From: Bigelowiella natans CCMP2755
Taxonomy: Eukaryota > Protista > Cercozoa
Assembly: GCA_000320545.1 (NCBI GenBank)
Contig: ADNK01002912.1
Span: 1 to 44,213, forward strand
Direction: 5' to 3'
Length of the DNA stretch: 44,213 nucleotides
Positions 1 to 13,672 of this stretch are shown piece by piece. The notes under the pieces were generated by a model. That model was not told where the DNA came from. It searched no databases and saw only the letters and a list, made by a program, of their open reading frames with translations. The position numbers were made by a program, and so were the translations under genes. Each line of letters starts with the position of its first letter. The first letter of the stretch is position 1.

Positions 1-64
1 TTTCGTCCCTGCCCCTTTCTACACACAAGCTCGTCGTCTTCTCCAAATTGAATGATTTTTATAG

Positions 65-166
65 GCCTACGGAGTACAGAAAGGGAGCCCGGGTGAATAT
101 CGCATTGCCGAGAAGTTGTACACCCTCAGTCACTTAGAGGAAGGTAAAACGCGCAGTCGGACTCTG

Positions 167-221
<55 letters not shown>

Positions 222-272
222 TTTTTAAACCAATTGTAGTAATTGCCAATACCCAAGCGCCCACTAGTACTC

Positions 273-320
<48 letters not shown>

Positions 321-885
321 ATATGTGTATATTGTATATATGTTTAAATATCATACTCATAGTATCACACCTTGATTTGGTAGTTTTCAGACCTCGCAAA
401 CTCCATAGCCTTGACGACTTTAATCGACGATGCTCGAAAAAGCATGAATATCTCATCGATAGGTACAGGTCTTACTAACCGGCATCGTTGCAAGAAAGCA
501 GCAATTATCATCTTCGTCATCATCATCATCAAGAGCAATCTTCCCGTGACTGATTTCATGCTACTTTGCCAGGTCTACAAGTTTCAGTAGATGTGCCTGC
601 AATGAAGGCCTTTGGTGAGAAGGAAGTTTTGTTGTCAATTCTCCCCCATTCACACCTTGCGAGTGTTTCTATATGCATCAATGCTTGGAAGTGCTTGTTG
701 GTGATATAGACTATCTAACTGTGTACGAGAAGGCAAGCGCTCATTGGGGCATCGTCACCATCATAGTCGCAAACTAATTCAGGAGAACACTCGTAGAACT
801 AGCAGGTACTTTGGATGATGATATCAACACAGACGCGAAGAAAGATCTTTCTGCTTGTAACCGAAACTCTCGGCACATACACACA

Positions 886-925
<40 letters not shown>

Positions 926-1415
926 ATGCATACTCTAACATGTATTTCCTTTTACATGTGTGTACCATCTGTAATCTCGTAGTGATGTATCGGCTGCACA
1001 TGACAGGAGCTTCATCGGCGAGAAAGCCATTGTACTACCACTGCTACCCCCATAACTCAATAAGTCTCTTTGTTATTTTTACGTCGTCTTATCACTTCGT
1101 AAGCATTTCTAAGTAGAGAGAAAGACAAAGAGAGAGAGAAGTTGTGAAATTAGTTTCGATGTCCTAAAAATGAAAATATACATTCTGTGTGAGATGTTGA
1201 AGGCGAAGGTTTGTATCTGTTTTAATAGGCAGTTGTTATTCCCCCAACACAGGATATTCCACCAAACAGCGAAAGCACAAGACTGCTTTCTCGATTCCTT
1301 ATTGTTACTGGAGGTCACTTACACACCGAATGATGGTTAATGCGAAGTAGTAACACTAGCATTGGAAGAAATCGTAAACGACGCAGTTAGTGTGTGCATG
1401 TGCTTGTGGTTTGCA

Positions 1416-1463
<48 letters not shown>

Positions 1464-3782
1464 TTTGTGTGTTTGTTTACACGTTCTTTGCAGTGAGAAA
1501 AACGGCCTCAATGCATTCATCCTTCTCGGTAGAATTTTTAATAGATTTGTACCGTGCTCTAGATGAAAAAGCAGGCGAAAACGCTGCTAAGATCGTGTTT
1601 TCTCTCCCCGGATTGCCACCTTCGCGTGAAACGACGAAAGCCGCTCCTTGTCAAGATGTTAGTTCATATGTTGATTCAAGTAGTATACACATTTCATATA
1701 TTGAAATAAATGCTGTTTGCGTGTGTGCATGTGTGTGTGCATGTGTGTGTGTGTGTGTCTACGTGTGTTACTACTACTCAAAGACTGCTGCAATGAGCTG
1801 GGAGGAAGAAGCCAAGTGCCTCTCCCAATTCGCGTTCCCCCAAAAGATCAGGTTGTGGGTCCTTCACAACAGCTGCTGCTATGTTTTTCTGCAACCCAAT
1901 TCCACTTGCATTTTCTTGTGTACGATGGTAAAACCATGCGTGGTGGTAGGTGTGAATCCTTCGGGCCGTCTCGTTCAACAACGGAATTGCACAAATTGGT
2001 AAACATCATCATCATCATCATCATACGTGTTAGCAGTAAAGCATTTTCGACTGCGACAGAAGTCTCATGCCTGTGTTGGTGTCTTTGCCTTCAAATGCTC
2101 ATAGAAACATGATGATGATGATGCTCTATGTAATGGCAGACTCTCGGGCAGCAGAACGTGGATTGGCTTGGAGAATGTCACGTCATCGTTGTCAAGCAGT
2201 CTGATGGTGATAAATTGTGTGAAGCGCTTATTGAATCATGAGCATGTTATAATCCTCTCAATTTGAAACAATGTTGGTTGTAGCAGTGGTACTTCGTGAT
2301 TCAACCTTTGTTGGCATCATGATCATTGCATCCAGCAGCCTTTGTAAACTTTCTTCGTTCTACGATGGCAAGGAGCATATACGCACCGTGTTTGATTGTT
2401 AGGGAATTCTGAATTATATTGGCGTTGGTTTGCCCCCCTCCTCCTTCTCTCTCTTCCTCCTCTCTCGCTGTCGAGCACTCCTTGGAGCTGCTGTGATTTA
2501 GTGAACATATATTTCGACAAACACGACGATTCATTGTGGGATGGTGGTGGTGGCTTTGGTCTAGGTGTTTCACATCGATATGGGCTCTGCGTGCGGTCAA
2601 AACGAGTCAAGTATCTAGAACAGGGGGGGGGGTAAGATTCTCAACTCTCTTCCTTACAGCACCCACATAACTCCATAATCTTCTCAGCTTGATAATCCCT
2701 GTGAGCATGGTCTTCGTGTCTAAAATGCCTTGTTTCTCGTGGTTACGACAACTCGCGCAGGTCACGTAAATCGACGTTCTAGCCCTATGTGTGAGCACCC
2801 ATCTCTTACTCGGGGTAGAAGGGGAGAGTGACCTATTTTTTCCTAAAAACAATAATGCAGGCCATTTTGTCCGAGATGCACCTGTTTCGCGTGCAGCAGC
2901 ATATGAGGATGGCTCGTGAGAGCAGTAGCAATGATGACGGTGAGAGACTGTGGAAACAATGCTGTGTTCGTGTCGATGGGAGGAGAATCAACATGTTTGG
3001 TGTGTGTTGGTTTTTTTTAGCGAAACCGGTTTTGGCGCATCCGATGCCGCATGAGCTGGCATCGTGCCGGGACCTTCTAAGGAAGGCTGTTGCTGCAATG
3101 GTATGCGAAGATATGCACATAACACGCGCAAATGCAAATAATAGTTCATAATCGCACAAAGCATTAGCACAGATTTAGTGAGATGTGTTTGTGTGTATGC
3201 ATTAACGTATTGGCGTACTGAAAATCGTGGTCGTCGTCTTTTTTCCCCCATCCTCCTCTCCTCTTCTTCTTCTTCTTCTTGATGAAAAAAGATCCCTCAA
3301 CCTGGCAGCAGTGTAAGCATTACCGGGGGAAAGGCACGCATAGAGTCCATTCGGTACTGCAACGTGGTAGTAGTAGTATTAGCAGAGGATGGAGTTCTCC
3401 AAGTAGCGATTTGTATGAAATCGGTGAAAAGAAAAATAGTCTAAGTGATATAGCATTTATACATAGTTTCAGTGTTATTGTATTGAATTTGTATTTGCAC
3501 TGATGAATTAGATATGAAAGTCCAATGATCGGCACACAAAACAAAGGGTATTATAGTAATCATTGCATCTATAAGAATAACAGTAATTTTTGTCTGATTG
3601 CCCTATGCGACGACGTAAGTGGGTTTCTCACTGACGTGCTACATGTGCGAGCGTGCGCAATTAAGCAATGAAGCTAACAATAAAAGCCGATTTTTATCCA
3701 TTTTTTGCTGACTTAGGTTGGAAATACTCGAGACCTTTGCCCTTGATATCTGGGGTATAAAAATATTTAGTTAATATAAATA

Positions 3783-3813
<31 letters not shown>

Positions 3814-4175
3814 TTATATATGAATATATATTTATATTTATATATGAATATATATTGAGATTGTGAGCGGGAATAGGCGGATGATATAGTTCTTGTGTGC
3901 GTGCTAAGCTGCTGAATTGAATTGAATTCGGCCATTGGACCGCTACATCTTCGCGACACCTTATAGAAACAGTCGGAGTAACAGGAGAGTCGATAGCATT
4001 CGCGATCCAAGCGCTCTTAGCTGAGAAGACAGTGTGGGTTGTACACCCCAAGCCCATGGCTGCTTCATCTTTGGTAGTAGTAGTAGTAATAATAGTTTGA
4101 GTACCACTAATAATAATGATGGTAGTTATCGTAGTAGAAGTGGTAAGTAATGTGCAGTTATCTCACAAGTTTCTA

Positions 4176-4219
<44 letters not shown>

Positions 4220-5488
4220 ACTGTGTGTTATCAACATGGATTTGCTTTCAAAGGTGATAGGAGTCATTACTCTATTGAGGCCCTTGACGTGGCAAGGAGC
4301 TTTCTTACCGGTTATAGTACAAATTCGCTAAGATAGGAAACACACCCCCACAAAAGGCCTTGAGGAAAACATGAGATGAATGCCTTTTCCCCTCTCTCGA
4401 TTCTGCTCTACCATTTGTCAATGAGTTATCAATCTCAACACAGCTGCGGCAGTAGACGACTTTGGTAAAAACTCACCAGTTTCATCCGAGTTCTGTGTTT
4501 TTCAGATGCTTCCCGGTAACATGCAGGCGCTGCTGCATGCTCCGGTCCCTGCTTTGTTAGGTATTTTCTAGCACCCTTACACGATGAATAATTACGACTC
4601 TAAATAGACAAGGTTTATAGAATCTCTTCTGTGGTATGAAGCCGATTAAAAAGGAAAGGGAGGAGTGGGGTGGAGGGGTGGTTTTGAGTGAAACCGATCT
4701 AAACAACACTGAACTTCATTACTACCAGGCCTGCAGGAGCTGCCCGCAAGCAGCAGCATCGAAATCCGTGGAGACGATGATGATGTCTTGGTAATAGGCC
4801 GAATATATTCGCTTTTTTTTTTAAAAGCAATTTTTATGTCAATCTTTAATCAAACGGTGTCACAGTTACCGTTGTCGTAGTCATCGATATCATACCATGC
4901 ATACACCCGATGTACCATGATCAAAATATGCAGGTCTGGGACGTGGAAAGACACACGATTTCGAGCCTAAAGAGCATCTTGCGACGACACAAAGGCGTAG
5001 CGTTTGGTGGTAATGGTGATAGTGTAGCAGGATGAGGATGATTAAACCTCAGCGATTTTGTGAATATCATGATTAGACCACACATAATACGCATTGTCTG
5101 CATGAGTTTTCATGCAGTATTGATGCTTATCTATGTTTATTCCCTTTTGATCATAGCAGAAAATGGAAATTTCCCTACACGGTTAAGCACAAGGTTGCGC
5201 CACTAAATCTCCCAAATCAAACAACACATATCGTTTGGCTTGCACTTTGAGGCATGCATGCGCGCAGACACATAGAAAGCACGTAATACACAGGCAACTT
5301 GGCAAAGATATTTCGGATCTGTTAGCAGCACTTTCATCGTCATCCAAACGACATGGTTATATCCCTTTCATCATCATCCTAACGTCACGGTTTGCACGAG
5401 ATGTGGTATATGCAGCACTCAGCATGCTATATGCGTAGTGTATTTATTTCAATTCAATCGACTTTGTGGGTTATTTTCTGGATAATAC

Positions 5489-5537
<49 letters not shown>

Positions 5538-5901
5538 TCTCTCCCTCCTTCTTTCTCTATAACTCTTTCGTGAGCGTGTGTGTGTGTGTGTATGCGTGTG
5601 TGCGTGTGCGCGTGTGTGTTTGAGTAGATATATCTGCACAAGGAAGATGTGTTTGCTTCAGGACATTCTTTGTAAAAAACCTACAATTTGGTATATATGA
5701 CTCTTTTCATTCTTCAGGATCTTCGCTCTCATCGTCAAATATTGGAACGAAGCAAGTGGTGAGACCTCCTTGAATCTTGCAGTTGTTTGCTGGAATCCCA
5801 GGCCATTTACAAACATATAGAATAGGATATGTCACACACTCACATACACACACAGACACACACACACACACATACAAAAATATATGTATATAGTATCAAT
5901 A

Positions 5902-5941
<40 letters not shown>

Positions 5942-6494
5942 TGTACACAAATATCAATATGTATTTGTGAATGTTCTTTCTTTTCAAGGTGGCTCTCTCA
6001 ATACAGCGCGCATGCTCTCGATATGTGTTAGAAACTATCAATGTAGCGCGGAAGTATAAACGTCGGCTGCAAAGACGACGACCCACCGTCGAAATAGATA
6101 ATAGCAGTAGTGCACTCGCTAAAGGAGCTCCTCGTGATAATTCCATTGCACAGAAAAAGGTTGTTGTAGATTTGGATTGGCAATGTCGTCTTTGCTCATC
6201 CCAATGTGTGCTTCGATATCACCAGGGCGTTGGGCTCTTTAGTGCGTTTTTTTCCGGCAAGCAATCAAAAAAGGTAAGTAAGCTTTGCTTTGCAACGAAT
6301 TTCATCTGTATCATCTCCCATTGGTAGTGGAGAAGTTGTCGTTGTAAGCGACACGCGCGCATGTGATCATTACCCCTTCAACTTCTAAAAGACCATTTCG
6401 CTGCCATCATCAGGATATCGTTGAAAATGCTTTCTTCGATAAGTTTCTCGCTACACAGATGCTACAGCAGCACTTGCAGCAGGCCATTGGATAG
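65..6494 (+). CDS. DENN-domain protein (Rab GEF family), multi-exon, 5' end outside window
   Basis: GT-AG exons give DENN-like motifs in the expected order. uDENN: LLSRFLIVTG (~1250-1312), KIVFSLP, CLSQFAFPQKI (~1783-1851). cDENN: IPVSMVFVSKMPCFSWLRQL (~2688-2760), ALLAEKTVWVV (~3966-4072), LLRPLTWQGAFLP|MLPGNMQALLHAPVPALL|GLQELP (4253-4790). dDENN: FFDKFLATQMLQQHL, stop TAG 6492-6494. Some internal exons are unresolved. Confidence 0.85.
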
Positions 6495-7138
6495 TTCTTC
6501 AATCAATCTTGGATTGGCACTGCCTTGGAGACCTAGCTCATCAACAAAGCGTTCTTTCGCAATGATGATAGATGGTTGCGATGCGATATTGCCATGCAGT
6601 CATGGTTTGAAAATGCATGTCCATCAATCATTCATGTTAGACGTGCAATATGGATCGCCAACCACACGCTGAGAAACAGTGCTGGATCGAATCCGTGCTA
6701 TCGCAGGACCAATGATAACTAGAACAGGTCGTCAGATGACACCGTGCGTTTACTTGCATGCTAGAATGTCAACCGTGCGTGTGCGTGACATGATGGCCGG
6801 CATTGCAATTGTTGCTTCTGCACATGACATCGGTGCATTGCATCCAGCTCATTGCTGCACCGTCCGCCTGGCGTGATTTGACAACAGATAAGGTATTACG
6901 TGTCTATGATACAGGTTCACCATGAGCGAATCAGATTGGTTTGTCTCCATGCCACGTGCCGTACACATGCATGCGGGTGCACATAGTGATCGAACAACAG
7001 TGTGAATGGATCATCATTGTGCAACTGGACAACGGGAAACATTTGTCATGCACACATCTTTTGAACCGCAGCTAAACTAGTACAACACACAGCCAAAAGA
7101 ACCACAGAGCGTGTGCTCTTTGTTCTTGGCACATGCTG

Positions 7139-7290
7139 ACATGTGCACTTTGTTAGAACGTGCATGTGGCATTGATCATGTGTGCTTTGTCAGAACATTA
7201 TCTAGCATGTGCGTGTGTGCTTCACACATGTGCACTTTGTTGGAACACATGTGGCAATAAGATCATGTGTGCTTTGTAGTCAAACATGTG
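7139..7290. repeat. Degenerate direct repeat (two copies, ~87 bp period) in island 1
   Basis: acatgtgcactttgttagaac..catgtggca..gatcatgtgtgctttgt at 7139 and acatgtgcactttgttggaacacatgtggca..gatcatgtgtgctttgt at 7226. Confidence 0.75.
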
Positions 7291-8430
7291 TGCTTTCATC
7301 AGTGCACATGTGTGTTCATGAACATGTGTGATCGCACTCATCCACATGTGATGCGTGTTGAGTGTGCACATGACAAGTGTGTGAAGCACATGTGATGCAA
7401 CGAGCATGTGGGTGAAACTGCACATGTTCGCAAAGACAAATGATGCTACATGAGAACACATGTGTGCACAACAACACATGCATGCTCGTTCGTACGCGTG
7501 CGGGTGCCATGCATGGCACGCAATCTCTCATTGATTGGCACAGCAAGACAGCTAAAAAGAATCGATTTGTTCGGTTGTGCTAGCATGCTAGCATGTTCAG
7601 ATCACAAATCATCAACCTCCCTGGCTCTAGAGCTCCAACAATTCCACTCTCTAGGTCTAGCTACCAAAGCCATGCGACTAGAAATGCGTGACGTTCATGT
7701 TTTCACGGAATCAATGCTCAAGGGTGCGCCATCACTACTAGACTAGATCGCATCTCTGCCAACAAGTAATGATCTGAGACAGCAACATTGCATGCAGACA
7801 GATGGCACACCTAGCTAGCTAGACCCAAAGACGACATCAGCAGGACAGCTGGAGCGAGCCGAGCTAGCTAGTTAGCGAGCTCCACTGGTCTAGAACTAGA
7901 TGAGAGCACCAGAGCAACTAGGCATGCTGGCATGCCAGCATGCACCAATTTCCAAACTTCTGGGCTTGGCCATGCCAGCATGCCAGCTAGCCAGCATGCC
8001 AACATGGCTGGCAGCAGTGGGGATGCACACTAGCATGTGCACTGCAAACATCTCGATCCAGATCTTGCAACACTTCTAGACTTTGGAAATGCAATTTGTC
8101 ATCATTGCTAGCATTGCTAGATTGTCATTCTGGTGTTCTGGCATTTCAGCGCACAATTCAAAGATGCTGGGATGACTAGGTGGGCATTTCATCCAGGCCA
8201 TGCTGATGATCATGCTGGCATGCCAGCATGGCAGATCATCATCTGCGCGATCTGGACCACTCCAGCACCACCTGACCACTCCAGCACTGGACTCTCTCCA
8301 TGAGCGTGAGCATTCTGGCATTGTTTGAAGCTGGATGAAGGTGTGTCCAGCTCCAGAGCTAGCCAGTGTTGGTGTGCCAGCGTGCACAACCCAACAGGGG
8401 TGCTGAAATGGCGCTGGAGGACGATGACGA

Positions 8431-8742
8431 CCATGTAGTTCTGGCGCATGTGGATTTGATCAACGCTTTGTTCATTGTTCATTGTCAATTGTTCATTGTT
8501 CATTGACCATGGACGACCACACAATGCCAAAATGGCACACACACACACACACACACGCACGCGCACCGTCAGCATGATCTTGCAGCGCCGACACAGCCTC
8601 ATCACAGCTAGAGCTACTCGACTGGAATCATTGCACCAAACAAGCTAGCACGTCTAGACGTCTAGCCAGGCTAGCAATGAACAATGAACAATGAACAATG
8701 AAGAAAGCGTTGATCAAAACTGCATGCGCCAGAACCACATGG
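8431..8742. mobile_element. MITE-like element (~310 bp) with ~55-70 bp terminal inverted repeats
   Basis: The left arm ccatgtagttctggcgcatgtggatttgatcaacgctttgttcattgttcattg is the near-perfect reverse complement of the right arm caatgaacaatgaagaaagcgttgatcaaaactgcatgcgccagaaccacatgg. No coding capacity; TSD not clear. Confidence 0.65.
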
Positions 8743-9054
8743 GAGACAGGCCAGCAGGGCCACTCTCACGCTGGAGAAAAGTCTGTCAGAAATTGAGAAA
8801 TGGATCACATCTGAGCGTGGGAAAACTTCACGTGAGCTTCCTAAATTCTTCAGCGACAATGTTCAAATGATGTCGCAGGTTGAAATCGGAGTGTCAATAA
8901 CTGAAAATATACCGGTAAGTAGTAACTGTTAGTTTTGTTCCGAGTTGATCAATTACCCTCTCCCTCCCTGCCTAAAGTAACGACGAGGCTTCTCTCAACG
9001 ACGCCAATAACTTCTTCCTCCGCCCTAACTCGAACGCTGCTTGTGCATGAACCG

Positions 9055-9867
9055 ATGATAGGGAAGATAGGTAACAAAGACGTGTTGCATAATTGAAGCT
9101 GGCCATCACTTTAAATCACTAATTTCTAAAGGCGGCAACCGGCTCCTCAATGTGCTCCTTACTATTATTATGGCAATAGCAAATACCCCAGGTTCTCTTT
9201 ATCTTTAGGACTTAGGGGGGGTGATCTGGTTGGGGTTGATACACACACGCTATGATATCTTATTCTTCTTCTTCTTCTTCGTCTTCTCAGTCGCATCTTC
9301 CAGCACTAGTTCCCCTTCAGCTACACCATCATCATCGCCTTCCAGTACACCTATCGTAACCACCACCTCACCATCATCATCGCCCTCCAGTACACCTGTC
9401 ATAACTACCACCTCTCCATCGAGCTCACCCGTTGTAACTACCACCTCTCCAACGAGCTCACCCGTTGTAACTACCACCTCTCCAACGAGCTCACCCGTTG
9501 TAACTACCACCTCTCCAACGAGTTCGCCCGTTGTAACTACTAGTACGCCGACATCAGCGCCATCGAGCTCTCCAACGAGTACACCCATTGTAACTACCAG
9601 CTCTCCAACGAGTTCACCTGTGACAACTACCAGCTCTCCAACGAGTTCACCTGTGACAACAACGACGGCACCTTCATGTACGCCGACATCATGTCCCACA
9701 ACTACTGGTCCAACAACTGCACCTTCTACATCACCAATCCCAGTAACATCGTCTCCCACCACCAGTCCTTCAAACCCCGGTACTCCTCCTCCTCCTCCTC
9801 TTCCTCCTCCTACTACTTCTGTGACGAATATCAACAACTGTTGGTTGATGATGAGAGCAGCGGGAAT

Positions 9868-9913
<46 letters not shown>

Positions 9914-10279
9914 CGCACAATAAATGTATTGGTATATAATTATAAGTATCCGCATGCATCATAATAGACAGAGGAAGTTATAGCACTGATAGTAGGCAAT
10001 ATAGCAATAACAAAAAATACTAATTTATCACAAGACTTGTGATAGATTAGTAGGGAAAAAATAGCACCACTTGTTAGCTGTTCCCATTCTCATCAAGTAT
10101 GTTTATGAACTCCCAGTCCACATACATATCATCATCATCATCATCATACGTAATATAGACGACCTCTCCATCCCAATCGCCAGCTTCTTCAACTACCGGT
10201 ACTACTAAAAACTTCTACTACTACTACTACTACCACTACTACTACTGATTTTGCATGCTGCAAGGAGTCAGAACAGCAA

Positions 10280-10315
<36 letters not shown>

Positions 10316-12412
10316 AAAGAACCAAACACATGGAAATGGCGACCAAGCTTACCGACTTTGTGCATAGTACAACTGCCGCTACTGCTTTCAACAATTGCTT
10401 ATTATTAGCACTGTTGTTTGTTAGGAGCACCAAGCGCCTCTCCTTCCACCTCAACTGTTAAGGTATTCTTAACAACTCGAGAACAATATTCATGATGACC
10501 TTTTTACCTTATAAGCACTATTGTATTATGTGAGTAGTCTAGCATCTACCAATCCCCTGAGTGTGAATGTAACATATATTTTCCTTCCTGCTCATCAACA
10601 TCGTAATCGTGGTCATCATGTTCATGATGATAAAATGCTGATGTTACTACTACAGGCCACTTGTATTGCCAATACCTGGTTGGGTCTAGATTGCTATGAT
10701 GACTCCGAATCATCACCCTTCATTTATCCAATTGCATGGGTTGTAATAGTAGCAGTATAACCTTCTCATATATTTACATAAATAAATGCATGAGAAGTAC
10801 TGCTGCTGTCATAAGGAAGGCGGAAAAGGAAGATTGTGTGAAGATTATTCAAATACTACCACTACTATTAAAAAAAAGAAGAGCTATAAAAATACATTGT
10901 TGATACTGAATTTTCCACTTATCATTGTTTCTTCTTCTTTTTCTTCTTCTTCTTCTTTCTCAGTCGTCTGTTTCTCCAAGCCCATCACCATCCACTTGGT
11001 ATCAATCTAACCAAGACATCGGTAATAATTATAATAATAATACCAATTGATAACAACAAAATGGAGAGCATAAGCGAATAATCTATTGTTTCATGGAGCT
11101 AGCAATTACTTATCGTGATTCGAGAAAATAACAACATGATGCCCCAAGCATTATCGTTACTGCCCTTCTTCCTATTATCACGTACATTCACATTCTATTT
11201 GTGATGTCAAGAAGCTACTTTTATTTAATTTGATGTTGTCGTTGCCCTACAAATCATATTGATGCTAATGCAAGTGATTATTATTATTATTATTATTACT
11301 TTTATTATAATTATCATTTTCAGGACAGTGTATTTGTAACATGACGACCTCTCTCTGCGATCAAAACTGTAGTAACCCATTATTTATGCAACGACAACAA
11401 CAACAACAACAACAACAACACATAGATATCAATAGGAAATACATTGTTATCATTCGCAACATCACAAAATTGCTAACATATGCAAATGTCGGCCAAATCA
11501 TGTCACTAGAGGATGCCCCACCTATGTTAAAATAGGCTCGTTCTGAGCTTGACTATGATGCAATCTTAATCATTGTCATTCTTATCCTTATGGCCGTTAG
11601 CATCATAGTCATCACGTAAATCGGAAATCTTCCTTCTTTTGATTTTATGTCATGATATTCCTTATCAGGCCAGTGCGATTCCGAGTGCACGTCCTCAGAG
11701 CTTGTTGTGACCACCACCACCACAACAACTACTACTACTATTACCACCCCCATTAATAATATATATACAAACTCTATGTGCATCATTAGTGTGTGTGTGT
11801 GTGTGTGTGTGTGCGTGCGTGCGTGTGCTGATGATCATCACAATACAGACGCACTCATTAAAATATTAATAAGAATCCAATCACATGTGAGGGAGGGGTT
11901 TCATTGTCAGGTGTTGTATTTGTGTTGGTTTTTTTTTTGTGCTTGGAGATAAGTGTAGCAGTGGTGATAGTAATGAGTGAAGAAAGCTATGTATTTGTAC
12001 AAACCACAAATAATAAATAGGCTCTTTTCACTGGAAGTTTGCCAGAGGGTCCAGTAGATAGTTCCCTCCCAACGTGTGTCTCTCAAGATTATGTCAAGGT
12101 AGTCTCATATCATCATCATACCATCATCATCATCATCATCTTCTTCTTCTTCATTTTTGACTTTAATGACAGGTAAATCAACGTGGTGAGTTGGTTACTT
12201 CGATAGTGGATGGGTGAGTTATGTGATCCGTGTGTACGCGCCGCCATGTCATCATCAGTATTTGCTAATTTAAACAACTAATCAATGCTTCTTCTACTCG
12301 TCTTTGCTCTTTTTCTTATGCGGTTTTTATCTTCTATCCATATTCATTTTTTGAATACCGTGTCATCACCACCACCACCATCATCATTTTATCTTCCAGA
12401 ATAATAAGGAAT

Positions 12413-12444
<32 letters not shown>

Positions 12445-12660
12445 ATTTCTTCTTCTCAGGTTGCTCTGTGTTGATCGATCTAACGACCCCAATCAAGGGA
12501 CCTTTTATGATACTACAACCACGGTAGTAATCAGCACCATTCTTATTATTCAACACATCTCTTGAAACATTCTGTACAACGATTCATTATGCATATTCTC
12601 CTTGCATACTGTGTCAAATCATCATTTCATTGTTTTCATAATTAGGGTTAAGCAATATAT

Positions 12661-12691
<31 letters not shown>

Positions 12692-13619
12692 TGATTGATT
12701 ATCTTTAATAATAATGTGCTATTATCCATTAGGCATCAGACGCTATCTTCAACTCCATTGTAGTAGTATTAGTAGTAGTATTAAAAGTAGTATTATTGTT
12801 ATTAGTAGTAGTAGTAGATACTAAGATTATATAATAACAGGGGAGGACAACGTTCATACGTGTAGTAGTAGTAGTAGCATACAACGTATGATCATGTGTA
12901 ATATATCACCTTGTAGTAGTAGCATATATATGATCATGTGTAATATATCACCTTGTTGTTAATAATCCCTCTCTTCCCCGCCCACAAACACAGACATACG
13001 CACATACACGCTAATATATATATATATATATATATATATAGGTATCAAGTGCCAGTTCTTCGTATCAAACGGTAAGCACAGCAGCCCATTCCCTTCTAAA
13101 CACACACACACACACACACACACACAGTTAATGGATCAATGATGATGAGGAACTCTGTGTCTACATAACATGCATTAATGTACATATACCTACTAAGATT
13201 ATAACAAGGTTTTAGAGGATGGTTGATGTTGGCATTTATTGATTGTTAGCAAAAAGAAGAGTATTTGTTCTATATTTGGTCTATGATAAACGGTAATATT
13301 GGTACTTCTTTCTCCTCTTCCTCTTTTAGACTTTAGTGCCAACAGCTTCCACTACTTCGGATTCCACCGCCTACAACTTTGGTGATAGAATCGTAGCTGC
13401 TAATGGCAATTCCTCCTTCCTTTACAACACAGGTGGTATCATTATGCATTATCTTTAACCATTGAAGAATTTGTACGTTTGATGCTTTGCCGTGATAGTT
13501 GTTGCTGCTGCTGCTGCTGCTATACATATCAACCACTATCATCTTCATCTTAGGCCTTGGTTATCTCTCAATTCCTGGAAGAGACCAACAATCAAAATGT
13601 TCAAGGGTAACACACACGC

Positions 13620-13672
<53 letters not shown>

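Larger units (their letters stand above)
6600..8880. other. Intergenic TpA-depleted, TpG/CpA-enriched island 1 (probably decayed repeat/TE DNA)
   Basis: Hand count for 7561-8880: about 35 TA dinucleotides, 28 of them in CTAG. CATG, TGCA and CACATGTG are abundant and CpG is still present. The left boundary is gradual. Confidence 0.9.

Noticed and set aside
6600-8880. CpG-methylation decay or classical RIP as the cause of the TG/CA excess
   Set aside because: CpG is still common here while TpA is what is missing. C>T processes do not remove TA or explain CTAG survival. A minor contribution cannot be excluded.
9250-9918. 222-aa Val/Gly-rich minus ORF
   Set aside because: Antisense of the S/T/P repeat exon.
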